Shown here: one piece after another, positions 37,227-47,700 of the stretch
Layout of the letters: each line of letters opens with the position of its first letter
Numbering within the stretch: position 1 is the first letter of the stretch
Virus record (IMG/VR): IMGVR_UViG_3300027896_000023
Location: 20,166 to 84,165 of that record
Strand: one strand, 5' to 3'
Length of the DNA: 64,000 nucleotides
Origin: a virus
Notes under the pieces: generated by a model
The model's database searches: none
Told to the model about the DNA's origin: nothing
Seen by the model: only the letters and a program-made list of their open reading frames with translations
Program-made: the position numbers and the translations under genes

Positions 37227-40200
37227 CGCCTCTTAGTATGAAGCTTAGCCTTTACAAGTCTCTCCGTATGTGTCCGTTTGTATTTAACTATTCTCCTGAT
37301 GTGAAAACTGCAAGGCATGTTACTCCAAGGTGGGCTAAGTTTAAAGATGTTAGATAGATCTGCGGACCCGACGTTTCGAACAGTAAATTCTTCCAGGAGA
37401 TCTTCAGCTGCAGATTTACGGATAGTGAAGCTACTGTGGACTTCAGCCTGGTTACTGTTTTGGATTGTTAGGCTGGATTGCAAGTTGCGTTGACCAATGT
37501 TTCGTACAATGAATTCTTCTTCCAGGTCAACTGCACTGTGGTATCTTGGCAGGAAACTACCGCTGAGGTCTCGGCTGGCTGGATGCCGCACAATAAACTT
37601 GCATGATTCGTTCTTGCTGGAAGCTTTCTGTATAGTAAAGCTCGAGGAGGCGTCTTTGGTTTTTTGAGTTCTGACTGCGAAGCTACAGCTGAAGTTCACG
37701 CTTGCGGATCTGCGGATCGTAAAGTTAGCTGACCTGTCTTTGCTGCTGGATTTCCGTAGAGTTATGGATGATGATAAGTTTTTGATGCCTTTGTTCTGTA
37801 CTGTTATGTTGCTGGAACAATCTTTGCTGCTGCTGCAGCGTATGGTGAAACTAGAGGACAAGTCTTTGGTTGATGTTTTGCGTATTGTGTAGCTGCAAGA
37901 TAGCTGTTTTGTAGCTACTTTACGGATGGTGCAGCTCGAGGAGAGATCCTTACTAACGGCTTTTCTACAGGTGAAGCTTGATGAAAGGTCTAAGCTTGCG
38001 GATCTGCGGATTGTGAAACTTACTGAGTGATCTTTGCTGGTTGATTTTCTAATTGTCCAGGATGATGAAAGCTTCTTGCTGCTGTTGTTCTTGACTGTAA
38101 CTGATGTGTGTACGCCGTCTGCGTATGATGTTCCGCCTAACGTGAAGTTACAGCTTAAGTCTATGCTGATGATGCGTAGGTTGAAGCTGCTTGATAGATT
38201 CTTAGTAGCCGGTGTTCGTATGGTGAAGCTACTGTGGAGATCTTTGCTGGTGGCTTTACGTAATGTTACGTTTGACGATAAGTCTTTAGCGGTAGATTTT
38301 CTAATTGTGAAACTGCTGGAGAGATCTTGGAGACTTGTTCTTCTGAGAGTAACGCTTGTACTGACATCAGTGTATGTGGATTTACGTAAAGTCCACGACG
38401 ATGATAGGTCTCGGTTGGATGGTTGGCGAACTGTGAAGCTTGAAGATATGTCCTGGCCAACTGCTTCTCTGACGTCGAATGAAGCGCTTAAGTTTCTGCT
38501 TGCTGAACGCTGAATTGTGAAGGAACAGCTTGCATTTGCAAGTGATTGTTTTCTGCAGGTGAAACTTGAGATAAGGTTAATGCCGGCTGGGATGGCAACT
38601 TCGAAGCTTGACTGCAGGTCTCGTGATCCGTGATTACGGATTGTAACTGAGGTGTGTTCATCTTGGCTACTGGTTTTGCGGATAGAAAAGCTGGAGTGCA
38701 ATTGGGCGATGGTTGATTTTCTACAGGTGAAGCTACAGCTTAGTTCTCGGCTGGAGTTGTTGCGGACTGTAACTGATGCAGACAGATCAGCGGTTGAGAA
38801 TTTGCGGATAGTAAATGAAGAAGAAATATCACAGGTAGAGGATTTTTCGATAGCGAATGATGAGGAAAGGTCTTCGTATATTCCGACTTTTTCAATGGTG
38901 AATGATGAGAACACATCGACGTAGCTGGTTTTTCTTATAGTGCAGTTGGAGGAAAAATCTTGGCTGCTTGATTTGAGAAGGGTAACACTGGAGGAGAGAT
39001 CAATTGAAGATGCCTTACGTATAGTAAACGAAGATGATAATTCCCAGGAGGAGAACCAGTAAACTCCGAACGAGCTACCAAGGTTTGTGCTTGAGGTCTT
39101 TCTACATATAAAGGATGATGGCATGTTCATGCTGTTCGGGCTGGTAACGAACATGCTGGATGAGAGGGCTTTGGATCCACGGTTACGGATAGTGACTGAT
39201 GATGAGAGATAGATTGCTGCAGATTTACGGAGAGTAACACTTGCACTGATGTCCGCATATACTGATTTACGTATAGTAACTGAAGATGATAGATTAGCAG
39301 ACGTAGCTTTTCTTACGGTGAAAGATGATGAGACCGCTTTCGCTGAGGATTTACGCAGAGTTACTGAACTGGAACAATCTATACCGGCTATTTTGCGAAG
39401 AGTAAATGATGATGAAACGTCAGCTGTCTTCTCTTTCTCCAGGGTAAAGCTTGATGAAAGATCTACAGTCGCGGATTTTCTTAAAGTAACCGAGACACTA
39501 AGCTGTTTAGAGGATACTTTCCGTATTGTGAAGCTACCAGATAAATCGGTTGATGCTGGTTTTCTACAGGTGAAGCTACCAGATAAGTCTCGGCTGGCTG
39601 ATCGACGAATTACAAACGAAGAAGTCAGATTTTGAGATGATGATTTCTCTATAGTGAATGATGAGGACAGATCTAATAGGCTTGATTTTCTTACAGTAAA
39701 GCTGGATGATAGGTTTTTGCTGTTTACTTTACGAATTGTGAAACTGGAAGACAGAACAGTAGTTGATTTGTTGCGTATGGTGACGCTGCTTTGTTGGTCG
39801 CAGCTGGTTGCTTTTCGCAGTGTGATGCTGCCGCTGAGGTCTATAGTTGACGTTTTTCGAATTGTGCATGAAGCAGATAATCTAACGTAAGCAGATTTCC
39901 TGATGGTGAAAGACGAGGATACGTCTACAGCTGCAGCTTTCAGTATTGTGAAGATCGAAGAAAGATCAGCGATAGTTGATTTTCTAATTGTCCAGGAAGA
40001 CGACAAGTCTACACTGGCAGCCTTGCGAATCGTGAAGCTTGATGAAAGATTCACACTGCTGCTTTTTCTAATGGTGAATGATGTAGAGAGGTCTTTGAGA
40101 CTGGTTTTGCGGATGGAAAAGCTTGAGGATAAGTCGCTGATTGATTTGTTCCGTATAATTGTGCTACACGATAAGTTACTAACACTGACGTTACGAATGG

Positions 40201-41821
40201 TTACACTACAAGAGAGGTCTTTAGATGTTGATTTCCTAATAGTAAATGATGAAGAAAGCGGTGTTGAGGATGATCGTCTGATTGTGGAGCTGGATGAAAG
40301 ATCTTTGCTGTTGACCTTACGAATTGAGAAAGATGATGGCAACTCGATGGAAGATGTTTTTCTGCAGGTGAAGGAAATAGAGAGGTTGATGCTGCTGCTG
40401 TTCTGTATGGTTGTGCTTGATGACAGATCGTGTGTAGAGGATTTGCGAACTGTAAAGCTGCAGGATAAATTCTGGCTGCTGGATCGACGGATAGTGAATG
40501 ATGATGAAAGGTTCTGTGGTGATCCAACTTTGCGGATAGTGAATGAGACTGACAGGTCTTTGGTAGTTGATTTTCTAATTGTGAAACTGGAACTAAGGTC
40601 TTTTGTACCCTTATTGCGGACTATAACTGATCCAGAGAGATCTCTGGGAGTTCCCGTTCGGCGGATCGTGAAACTAGACGACGCATCTTTTGGCGTTCCA
40701 ACTTTTCTGATTGTGAAACTGGAGGAGAGTGCTTTTGTGCCCTTTTTCTCGACAGTGACGCTGCTTGACAGGTCTTTAGCTACAACCGCTTGCAGTTGAT
40801 ACCAGGTGAAGTTACTGATTTGACTAAGGTTAGTTGAGGAACCATAGCTGAAACGCATACGAGTAGCCGTAGAGTTCACGTTGAAAGCATATCGATAGTT
40901 GAATGTCCACGTGTCTGTTCCGATAGATTTAGCGTTGGTAAATGCAGCAGTGATCCATGCAGCGTTGACGAAGGTTGCTGCAGCATTCACTTTTACGTTA
41001 GTGATGATGGCGTCGTTTAGGTTTAAGGTAGTTGTTCCAGCAGGCGTCCACGTTGCTGTATAATACGCGATCGCAGCGTTAGCGGCAATGCCGGAAGCGC
41101 CAACGTTTGTGCCTATCTGAGTGTTCGCGCCAACTCCACCTGTGTTGCTTCGTACAAAAATGTTAACGCAGATGTTTCCTGTGTTGGTGCCTGATGCGGC
41201 GTTAGCGTTCATGTAGCAGACCGTTGTTGCAGGAGATGTGGTTGAAAGGTTCGGGAGAGTTAAACCGTGAGTTACTACAGTGGTGCCGTTGTTTGAGAAG
41301 TACCGGGTTTCAACTGGATCATGTATATCGAAGCCAAAGTCAGATGTTGCTTTCACGTCATATTCACGTGTGTCCTCTGGGTCCACAAGCAATGAACGCA
41401 TGATCTCGTCGAATTCAACGTCGTCGTTCACCATGGATTTCTGAATCATTTTCTTGTGGAGAATTGGGTGTTCCTGGAAGAGACTTTCCCATTTCCAGTC
41501 ATCATCCATAAACTCTTGGACACCAGCTGAATCAATTATGATTGGTTCGTCTGAGTCTACTCGAACAATGCAGAATTCGTATGGGCTTGGACCGTATTGA
41601 TCTCGGTTTTTGTCTAGTTCGTAAACTATGCTGAATGACGCATTATATTTTGGTACACCTGTAGCTTTGTCCCATTCTTCGTTTACACGTGCGATTGATG
41701 GGCGGTAGGGTTCTTCGTAGCCGTTGCCAACTACAGCGCATTTTATCCATTGAGAGTATTTTCTGTCGACTGCTTGGCGCCATGGAATAATCAGTGATGA
41801 AGTTAACAGTAAATCAGACAT
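37223..41821 (-). CDS. Giant 1532-aa protein with roughly 80 copies of a ~14-aa repeat (DLSSSFTIRKSSSK); putative virion fibre
   Basis: Long ORF; repeat from ~aa 345 to the C-terminus (count estimated). Confidence 0.85.
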   Translation of the reverse strand: MSDLLLTSSLIIPWRQAVDRKYSQWIKCAVVGNGYEEPYRPSIARVNEEWDKATGVPKYNASFSIVYELDKNRDQYGPSPYEFCIVRVDSDEPIIIDSAGVQEFMDDDWKWESLFQEHPILHKKMIQKSMVNDDVEFDEIMRSLLVDPEDTREYDVKATSDFGFDIHDPVETRYFSNNGTTVVTHGLTLPNLSTTSPATTVCYMNANAASGTNTGNICVNIFVRSNTGGVGANTQIGTNVGASGIAANAAIAYYTATWTPAGTTTLNLNDAIITNVKVNAAATFVNAAWITAAFTNAKSIGTDTWTFNYRYAFNVNSTATRMRFSYGSSTNLSQISNFTWYQLQAVVAKDLSSSVTVEKKGTKALSSSFTIRKVGTPKDASSSFTIRRTGTPRDLSGSVIVRNKGTKDLSSSFTIRKSTTKDLSVSFTIRKVGSPQNLSSSFTIRRSSSQNLSCSFTVRKSSTHDLSSSTTIQNSSSINLSISFTCRKTSSIELPSSFSIRKVNSKDLSSSSTIRRSSSTPLSSSFTIRKSTSKDLSCSVTIRNVSVSNLSCSTIIRNKSISDLSSSFSIRKTSLKDLSTSFTIRKSSSVNLSSSFTIRKAASVDLSSSWTIRKSTIADLSSIFTILKAAAVDVSSSFTIRKSAYVRLSASCTIRKTSTIDLSGSITLRKATSCDQQSSVTIRNKSTTVLSSSFTIRKVNSKNLSSSFTVRKSSLLDLSSSFTIEKSSSQNLTSSFVIRRSASRDLSGSFTCRKPASTDLSGSFTIRKVSSKQLSVSVTLRKSATVDLSSSFTLEKEKTADVSSSFTLRKIAGIDCSSSVTLRKSSAKAVSSSFTVRKATSANLSSSVTIRKSVYADISASVTLRKSAAIYLSSSVTIRNRGSKALSSSMFVTSPNSMNMPSSFICRKTSSTNLGSSFGVYWFSSWELSSSFTIRKASSIDLSSSVTLLKSSSQDFSSNCTIRKTSYVDVFSSFTIEKVGIYEDLSSSFAIEKSSTCDISSSFTIRKFSTADLSASVTVRNNSSRELSCSFTCRKSTIAQLHSSFSIRKTSSQDEHTSVTIRNHGSRDLQSSFEVAIPAGINLISSFTCRKQSLANASCSFTIQRSASRNLSASFDVREAVGQDISSSFTVRQPSNRDLSSSWTLRKSTYTDVSTSVTLRRTSLQDLSSSFTIRKSTAKDLSSNVTLRKATSKDLHSSFTIRTPATKNLSSSFNLRIISIDLSCNFTLGGTSYADGVHTSVTVKNNSSKKLSSSWTIRKSTSKDHSVSFTIRRSASLDLSSSFTCRKAVSKDLSSSCTIRKVATKQLSCSYTIRKTSTKDLSSSFTIRCSSSKDCSSNITVQNKGIKNLSSSITLRKSSSKDRSANFTIRRSASVNFSCSFAVRTQKTKDASSSFTIQKASSKNESCKFIVRHPASRDLSGSFLPRYHSAVDLEEEFIVRNIGQRNLQSSLTIQNSNQAEVHSSFTIRKSAAEDLLEEFTVRNVGSADLSNIFKLSPPWSNMPCSFHIRRIVKYKRTHTERLVKAKLHTKRR

Positions 41822-42545
41822 TTTTTGGCACCTGCAAATTCAAGACTTTACCGCCGAAGTTTCTCAGGTGCTTACATTTTACTCGCCTGTCAACCCACAG
41901 CATATAATTTCGGCGCAACGCGTTGTAACAGAAGCCGTGGTCTTCACTTAGGGCAAAGGGGGTGCCGTCAGGCATAGGGATATTCCAAATTTTAAAGGAT
42001 ACTTTTTTGTCATTCATCACCTGTTTTGTTAAGAACATGCAAGCTGTGTTTACAGCGTGCACTGAAAACAACTGTTCAGTCGGTAGCACATTGCTGAAGT
42101 CGTAGTATGGTTTAAAGTAGCCAAAGCCCAGGCGAATATTCATTTTATTGTCTGGAACTAACACGATACCGCCAACGATGTCCACTTCATCTTCCAAGAA
42201 GTTGTTTATGGTTTCAGGCGGTGGGCACACGTCGCTGTCTAGGAACCAGGCGTAATCATAGTTTCGTCCGTACTCCATGAGAAGATCGCGGATTTTACCT
42301 ATTTCGAAAAAACGGTTCTGTGTTGGCGTTGTGAAGTCTATGTCGACTGCTATTATCTGGTGTTTCAACTTGAAGTTCTGCATAACGTAGCTGCGTTTAG
42401 GAGATTTCGTGGGGATTGCAAAGAAGAACTTCAGCTTATCTTTTGGGTAATTGAGATGATACCAGCTGGCCCAGACGCTTTTAAGTGTACGTTCTGGATG
42501 TTCATGCATTGGAACCATAACAGCTATGTTGGGTGTGTCTGTCAG
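41814..42545 (-). CDS. GT-A fold glycosyltransferase (GT2-like); probable CTG start
   Basis: WFLDSD DxD motif, SEDHGFC, CKH; GGAGGT RBS 9 nt before CTG 42545. Confidence 0.85.
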   Translation of the reverse strand: MTDTPNIAVMVPMHEHPERTLKSVWASWYHLNYPKDKLKFFFAIPTKSPKRSYVMQNFKLKHQIIAVDIDFTTPTQNRFFEIGKIRDLLMEYGRNYDYAWFLDSDVCPPPETINNFLEDEVDIVGGIVLVPDNKMNIRLGFGYFKPYYDFSNVLPTEQLFSVHAVNTACMFLTKQVMNDKKVSFKIWNIPMPDGTPFALSEDHGFCYNALRRNYMLWVDRRVKCKHLRNFGGKVLNLQVPKNV

Positions 42546-44743
42546 TTTCGGTAGACCTCCGCTTTCACTGTGTATGCGCCTAGTTCTACGTTGTCATCTG
42601 GGTTCCAATCGTAAGCAGCATGGTAAGTTCCGGTTGAATCCTTCGTAACGATACCTATGTATGGACCATAGAGTACGCTGCTTGGGCTTACAGCGAATAA
42701 TCTGCAGGTGTAGCCGGAGGCATCGAGGTCGTTTGGATCTGTGAAGTCGCATCGCAAAGTCGACGTAGCTGATCCTGAACGCTGCACAGAAGAAGGACTA
42801 TTAGAAACAGAAGTAATTGTGAAAGCAACGATAGCTTTTAAAGTTATAATACAGCCTGAACCAAACATCCAACTGGCGGTTGATGAAGTAACATGTGTTT
42901 CAGCGGTACCAACACTTGAAACAATCTTTGTTAACAAACCTTGTATCTGGTATCCTTGTCCACTAGATGTGAATTGGATTACTGGACTATTTGTTAAAAT
43001 GAAACCATTCGTTGGGTTAGACAAAGTGCAGGATGTTGGAGTGAGGCAACCAGCTACACCTATCCATAATTCATTAGGCACAGTTGTGGTAGCTGTAGTT
43101 CCAGTATTCACTGGATTAGCTTCAGCGTCGGCTGTGGCAATTTTATCAACATAATTAATAGAGGCAATACCTGAATATTCAACAACTCCAAGTATCGCAA
43201 CAACGTTTCCATTATTTACCCAAGCAACAGAAGCTGTTACAGTTTTACTTGGGGTAGAGATAACTTTGCCAACCCAGATTTCTGATGTTCCAGTTGTGAA
43301 TTCGCCGCCTGACTCTGCCTTAGTCCATGAAACACCAGATTGAGTTATGTTGTCTATTTTTCCATTGTCTGTGTTACCGCCAGATAAAGAAAAAGTGGCA
43401 ATCAAAGTGTTGCCGACTACAGGTGTAGCGTTTAAAGTGACAGGCAGATCGAATGCCATGTCATCAGCATTTCCTTCAGCTGTAGCAAAAACTGGCCCTT
43501 GCACAGGCAAAATACCTGTTGGCAGATCAATGTCTACATCAGATAAAACAGCACCGTCGACATACAGGTCTGCTGCGTATGCGTTGTCAGCACTGAAATC
43601 AATCAAAGAATATTCAATGGATCCTGTTGCAGTGTTATCGAAGTCTTTACTCATAACGGATAATCCATCTATCCATGCTTCTACATGTCCTTCAACCGCT
43701 ACAGTGCAGCGAACTTTGATTATGTACCAACGATTAATGTCGATGCTTGACGGAGTATAGGTGATAACATGTTCAGCGTCATATCCCAGATACCAACTTA
43801 ATATGCCACCGTCGTTGCGTATGCCAATAGCTGCCAGCGACCAGTAACTTGAATTAGCGAGATATGGTCCACAAGTAATACTATGACCAGATGCTGGTAA
43901 AGCAGTTAAGCGAATAGCCGCCATCATGTAACGTGAATTAGCTGAACTTATGCTATGAACAAGAGTTGCACTTGGAGATACTACGGCTGGCAAAGATAAC
44001 TTAGCTGCGTAAGAACCTTGATGAACCAGAGACCCCTGAACAACCCATGTTCCATTATTGCCGCTAACTGAATCCCAGGCGTTAAAGTTTCCTTCAAGCA
44101 ACCCGATGTATGATGAATCAATAACGAAGTCATCGTATATTACTTCACCAAAATATGTAGAAGCTTCGTTGTACCAGACGCCAGCAAAAAGACATTGAAC
44201 AAAATAATTATCGTTGTATATGCTTGTGTTGCTTGCTTCCAGGTTACCGTCAATCCAGAGTTCAGCGACGCCATTGCCATGACCAAGTTTGCTATGTAAC
44301 TCAATAGTGTAGACTTGACCTGGCACAGCAGTGATAGCCGTTGTAATAGTGTGAGTGCCGCCGTCGTTGTCTTGCCACTCTAAATAAAACTTGTTGTTAA
44401 CTCCATCAAGCATTAAAGTGGCTAAATCAATAATCATGTCTTGGTATTCGATGCCAGCAAGATAGGTGCCGTTTACTCCAGTGATTGACCCTATTTTGAT
44501 TTTGCATCGCATGTAGGCTTCGCTGCGGTCACTAACGAATTTATTAACATAGTAATGTTGATCGTAGCCACCTGGATTTAACACCTTTAGACTTCTTGTA
44601 CCTGTGATTGGGCTGTCTGTGGTGATTGATACGCTTCCAACTACATGGGTGTATGACGTTAAGAGGTTGTCTTCGAAGTCATGTTTGAACACTGGATTCT
44701 GTTTCTCTATACCTTCGAAGCCATCTTGGAAAAGAACGGTCAT
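42542..44743 (-). CDS. Multi-domain lectin/LamG-like putative receptor-binding protein with C-terminal Ig-like domain
   Basis: F.DGFE/F.HDFE starts, LWIDG/WIDG, YDDFVI/YVDGAV; shares a domain with the N-terminus of the 2729-aa protein. Confidence 0.75.
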   Translation of the reverse strand: MTVLFQDGFEGIEKQNPVFKHDFEDNLLTSYTHVVGSVSITTDSPITGTRSLKVLNPGGYDQHYYVNKFVSDRSEAYMRCKIKIGSITGVNGTYLAGIEYQDMIIDLATLMLDGVNNKFYLEWQDNDGGTHTITTAITAVPGQVYTIELHSKLGHGNGVAELWIDGNLEASNTSIYNDNYFVQCLFAGVWYNEASTYFGEVIYDDFVIDSSYIGLLEGNFNAWDSVSGNNGTWVVQGSLVHQGSYAAKLSLPAVVSPSATLVHSISSANSRYMMAAIRLTALPASGHSITCGPYLANSSYWSLAAIGIRNDGGILSWYLGYDAEHVITYTPSSIDINRWYIIKVRCTVAVEGHVEAWIDGLSVMSKDFDNTATGSIEYSLIDFSADNAYAADLYVDGAVLSDVDIDLPTGILPVQGPVFATAEGNADDMAFDLPVTLNATPVVGNTLIATFSLSGGNTDNGKIDNITQSGVSWTKAESGGEFTTGTSEIWVGKVISTPSKTVTASVAWVNNGNVVAILGVVEYSGIASINYVDKIATADAEANPVNTGTTATTTVPNELWIGVAGCLTPTSCTLSNPTNGFILTNSPVIQFTSSGQGYQIQGLLTKIVSSVGTAETHVTSSTASWMFGSGCIITLKAIVAFTITSVSNSPSSVQRSGSATSTLRCDFTDPNDLDASGYTCRLFAVSPSSVLYGPYIGIVTKDSTGTYHAAYDWNPDDNVELGAYTVKAEVYRN

Positions 44744-47700
44744 TGATTTTCCTCCAGCCACGTTGACACTTTAGCCCTGGTTGTAACACAGAAAGAAGTC
44801 CGCACAACCGAGTGAGTTGCCAAATGCACATAGCCGAATTTGCCTGGACCAATGCTGAAGTTGCTGCGGAGGTTATCTGATTTCACAACGCAGACGCTGC
44901 TTGATAAGTTCCTGGCATTTTGACCTCTAACTGTGAAGTTGCTGCGGAGACGTTGGCGGCTGCTACGTCGTATAGTGAAACTGCAAGAGAGATCAACTCT
45001 TGGCCGGTATACAATAAAGCTGCAACTGCAATCTGCTTCCGTGCGTTTCCGAAGAGAAACTGATGAACGCAGGTCTTTCTTGGAGACTTTGCGTATGGTA
45101 ACGTTGCTGGGCAGTGATGGCGCCACGAGGACAAAGAAGCTGCTGGAGAGGTCTACAGCTGTAGGTTTCTTGAGGTTAAAACTGGATCTCAGATCTTTAG
45201 CGATTTGGTGCCGAACTGTGAAACTGCATTTGAAATCTTTCAATCCGGATTTTTTAATGGTGACGTTTGAGTGTAGGTTAGCTGCTGCAGGTCTACGCAC
45301 TGTGAAACTTGATGAGACCTCAGTGCTTGTTGAATGGGTAATTCTGAAGCTGGAACGTAAACTTACGCTTCCGCTTATGCGCAAGGTTAAGCTGGATCTT
45401 AAGTTTGCTTTTGCGATGTAGCCTATTGTGAAGCTACTGCCCAGATCTTTGGCGCTGCGGTTTCTTACAGTGAAGGTACACCTGTAGTTTGCATGCAGCC
45501 GCTGTGGTGTGAAGCTTCCTGAACAATCTCGGCTGCTACGTTTTCTGATCACTAGTTTTGCTGAGACATCTGCTGCACCGATTCTTCTAACGTAGAAGCT
45601 GGATGATAGGCGTCGGCTGCTGACTTTTCGTGTTTGGAAACTGCTGGATAAGTTGCGTTGAGGGGGAACATAGAAGCTACAGCTGAGTGCACGTGTGGAT
45701 CTGCCACGTATGGTGAAGCTGCATTTGGAGTTTTTCACTGCTACACTGCGCACTGTGAAGTTTGATGAGACCGCTGCGGATACCCGGCTTCTGATGCTGA
45801 AGCTGGAGGATACGAAAACTGTTGATTGGTGACCGATTCTGAAGCTAGATCTGCAGGCTGCTGCAGCTTTGTTTCTGACTGTAACGTTTGAGGATAACCG
45901 TTTGTAACTTCTTCTAGTTAAAGTGAAGCTGCTGGAAATAGCTTTGCTTGAGAATTGTCGTACTGTGAAGCTGCATCTGCAGTTGGCTGATAGACGCTTC
46001 GGTGTGACGCTACAGGAGAGGTCTACGCCTGATCGCTTTCTAACGGTGAATTTTCCTGATGCTTCAGCCTGACCAAGTTTTCGTACATACACTGAAGACC
46101 GCAGATCTTTGCTTGTGGATCTGCGATTGGTGAAGCTGCTTGACAGGTCTCGTTGAAGCTTCAAGTAGAAACTGCTGGATAATGCAGCTGATCCTTTGTT
46201 GCGTACCGTTACGCTGCATCTGCAGTTTGTACTTAGCCGTTTTGGAGTGATGCTGCTTGAGAGGTATAGGCTGCCTCGTGATCGAATAGTAAATTTGCAG
46301 GAGACAGATGCTGAACCAAGTTTTCGCACGTACACTGAAGACCGCAGATCTTTAGCAGTTGACTTGCGGAGAGTGAAATTGCTGGATAGGTTACGCTGTG
46401 GCTTCAAATAGAAATTGCTGGAGAGTGCACGTGTGGATCTGCTGCGCACTCGGAAGCTGCTGCGGCAGTCTTTGGATGTTTGATGGCGCAAAGTTATGCT
46501 GCAGGAAGTGTCCTGAGATAATGCTTTTCTGAGAGAGAAGCTGGAAGATAAATCAACTGTGAATGGATTACTTATTCTGAAGCTGGAACGTAGGGTTGTT
46601 GTAGCTTTATTTTGTACAGTGAAGTTTGAGGATAACCGTTTGTAACTTCTTCTAGTTAAAGTGAAGTTACCATGCATATCTTTGGTTGATGCTTGTCTTA
46701 CTGTGAAACTGCAGCGGCAATTAGCTGATATTCGCTGTGGTGAAACACTGCTGGATAACGCCTGGCTGCCACGTTTTTTAATGATAAATTTGCTTGAGAG
46801 ATCACTGAAGCCTAACTTACGCACGTAGAATGATGATCGCAGAGTTTTGCTGTTAGACTTGCGGAGAGTGAAATTGCTGGATAGGTTACGCTGTGGCTTC
46901 AAATAGAAATTGCTGGAGAGTGCACGTGTGGATCTGCTGCGGACAGTAAAGCTGCATTTGGAAGTTCTGCTTGTTGACTGGCGAACCGTAATATTTGCTG
47001 AAGCATCTGCAGCTGTAGCTTTTCTTAAAGTAAACTTGGAAGAAACGTCAGCTGCTGCAGAATGGCCAATTTTGAATTTGCCCCGGTTGTAAGCTGAGGA
47101 TCCGCTGCGAACAGTAAAGGATGAGGAAAGACTGTTTTTGGTTCTACGGGTTAAAGTGACGCTACTGCTAACTTCACTGGTGTTTTTGCTGCGCACTGTG
47201 AAGCTAGATCTACAGTTTGCACTGATGTGTTTAGGCGTGAAACTGCCAGATAAATCTGCAGTGCTGCGGGATCTAACAGTGAAGCGCCCTAAGAGGTCTC
47301 TAGAAAAGGATTGCTTGTTTACGTAGATACTGCTGGATAACCGTTTAGAGGAAGCTTTTCGCACAGTGCAGCTGCTGGAGAGATTGTTTTTGATAACGCT
47401 GAAGCTACTGCTTAAAGCCCGGCTGCCACGGTTACGGATTCTGATGTTGCTTCGGCAATCTTTGGAACGGGAAGTTCTGATAGTTACGGATCCATGGGCG
47501 TTTGCTGTGTTAGGTAGTCTAATTGAAAAGCTGCTTGAAACACCAGATTTTGAACCGGCTTTACGGAGAGTGAATTTGCTACGCAGTTGCCTAAAGCCAG
47601 GTTTCGATATTACAAATTTGCTTGATAAATTGGTCTTTCCAGGTGTGTTGTGAACTGTGAAGCTTTCGCTTAAATCAGCAAAGTTTCTGATGGTGAAGTT

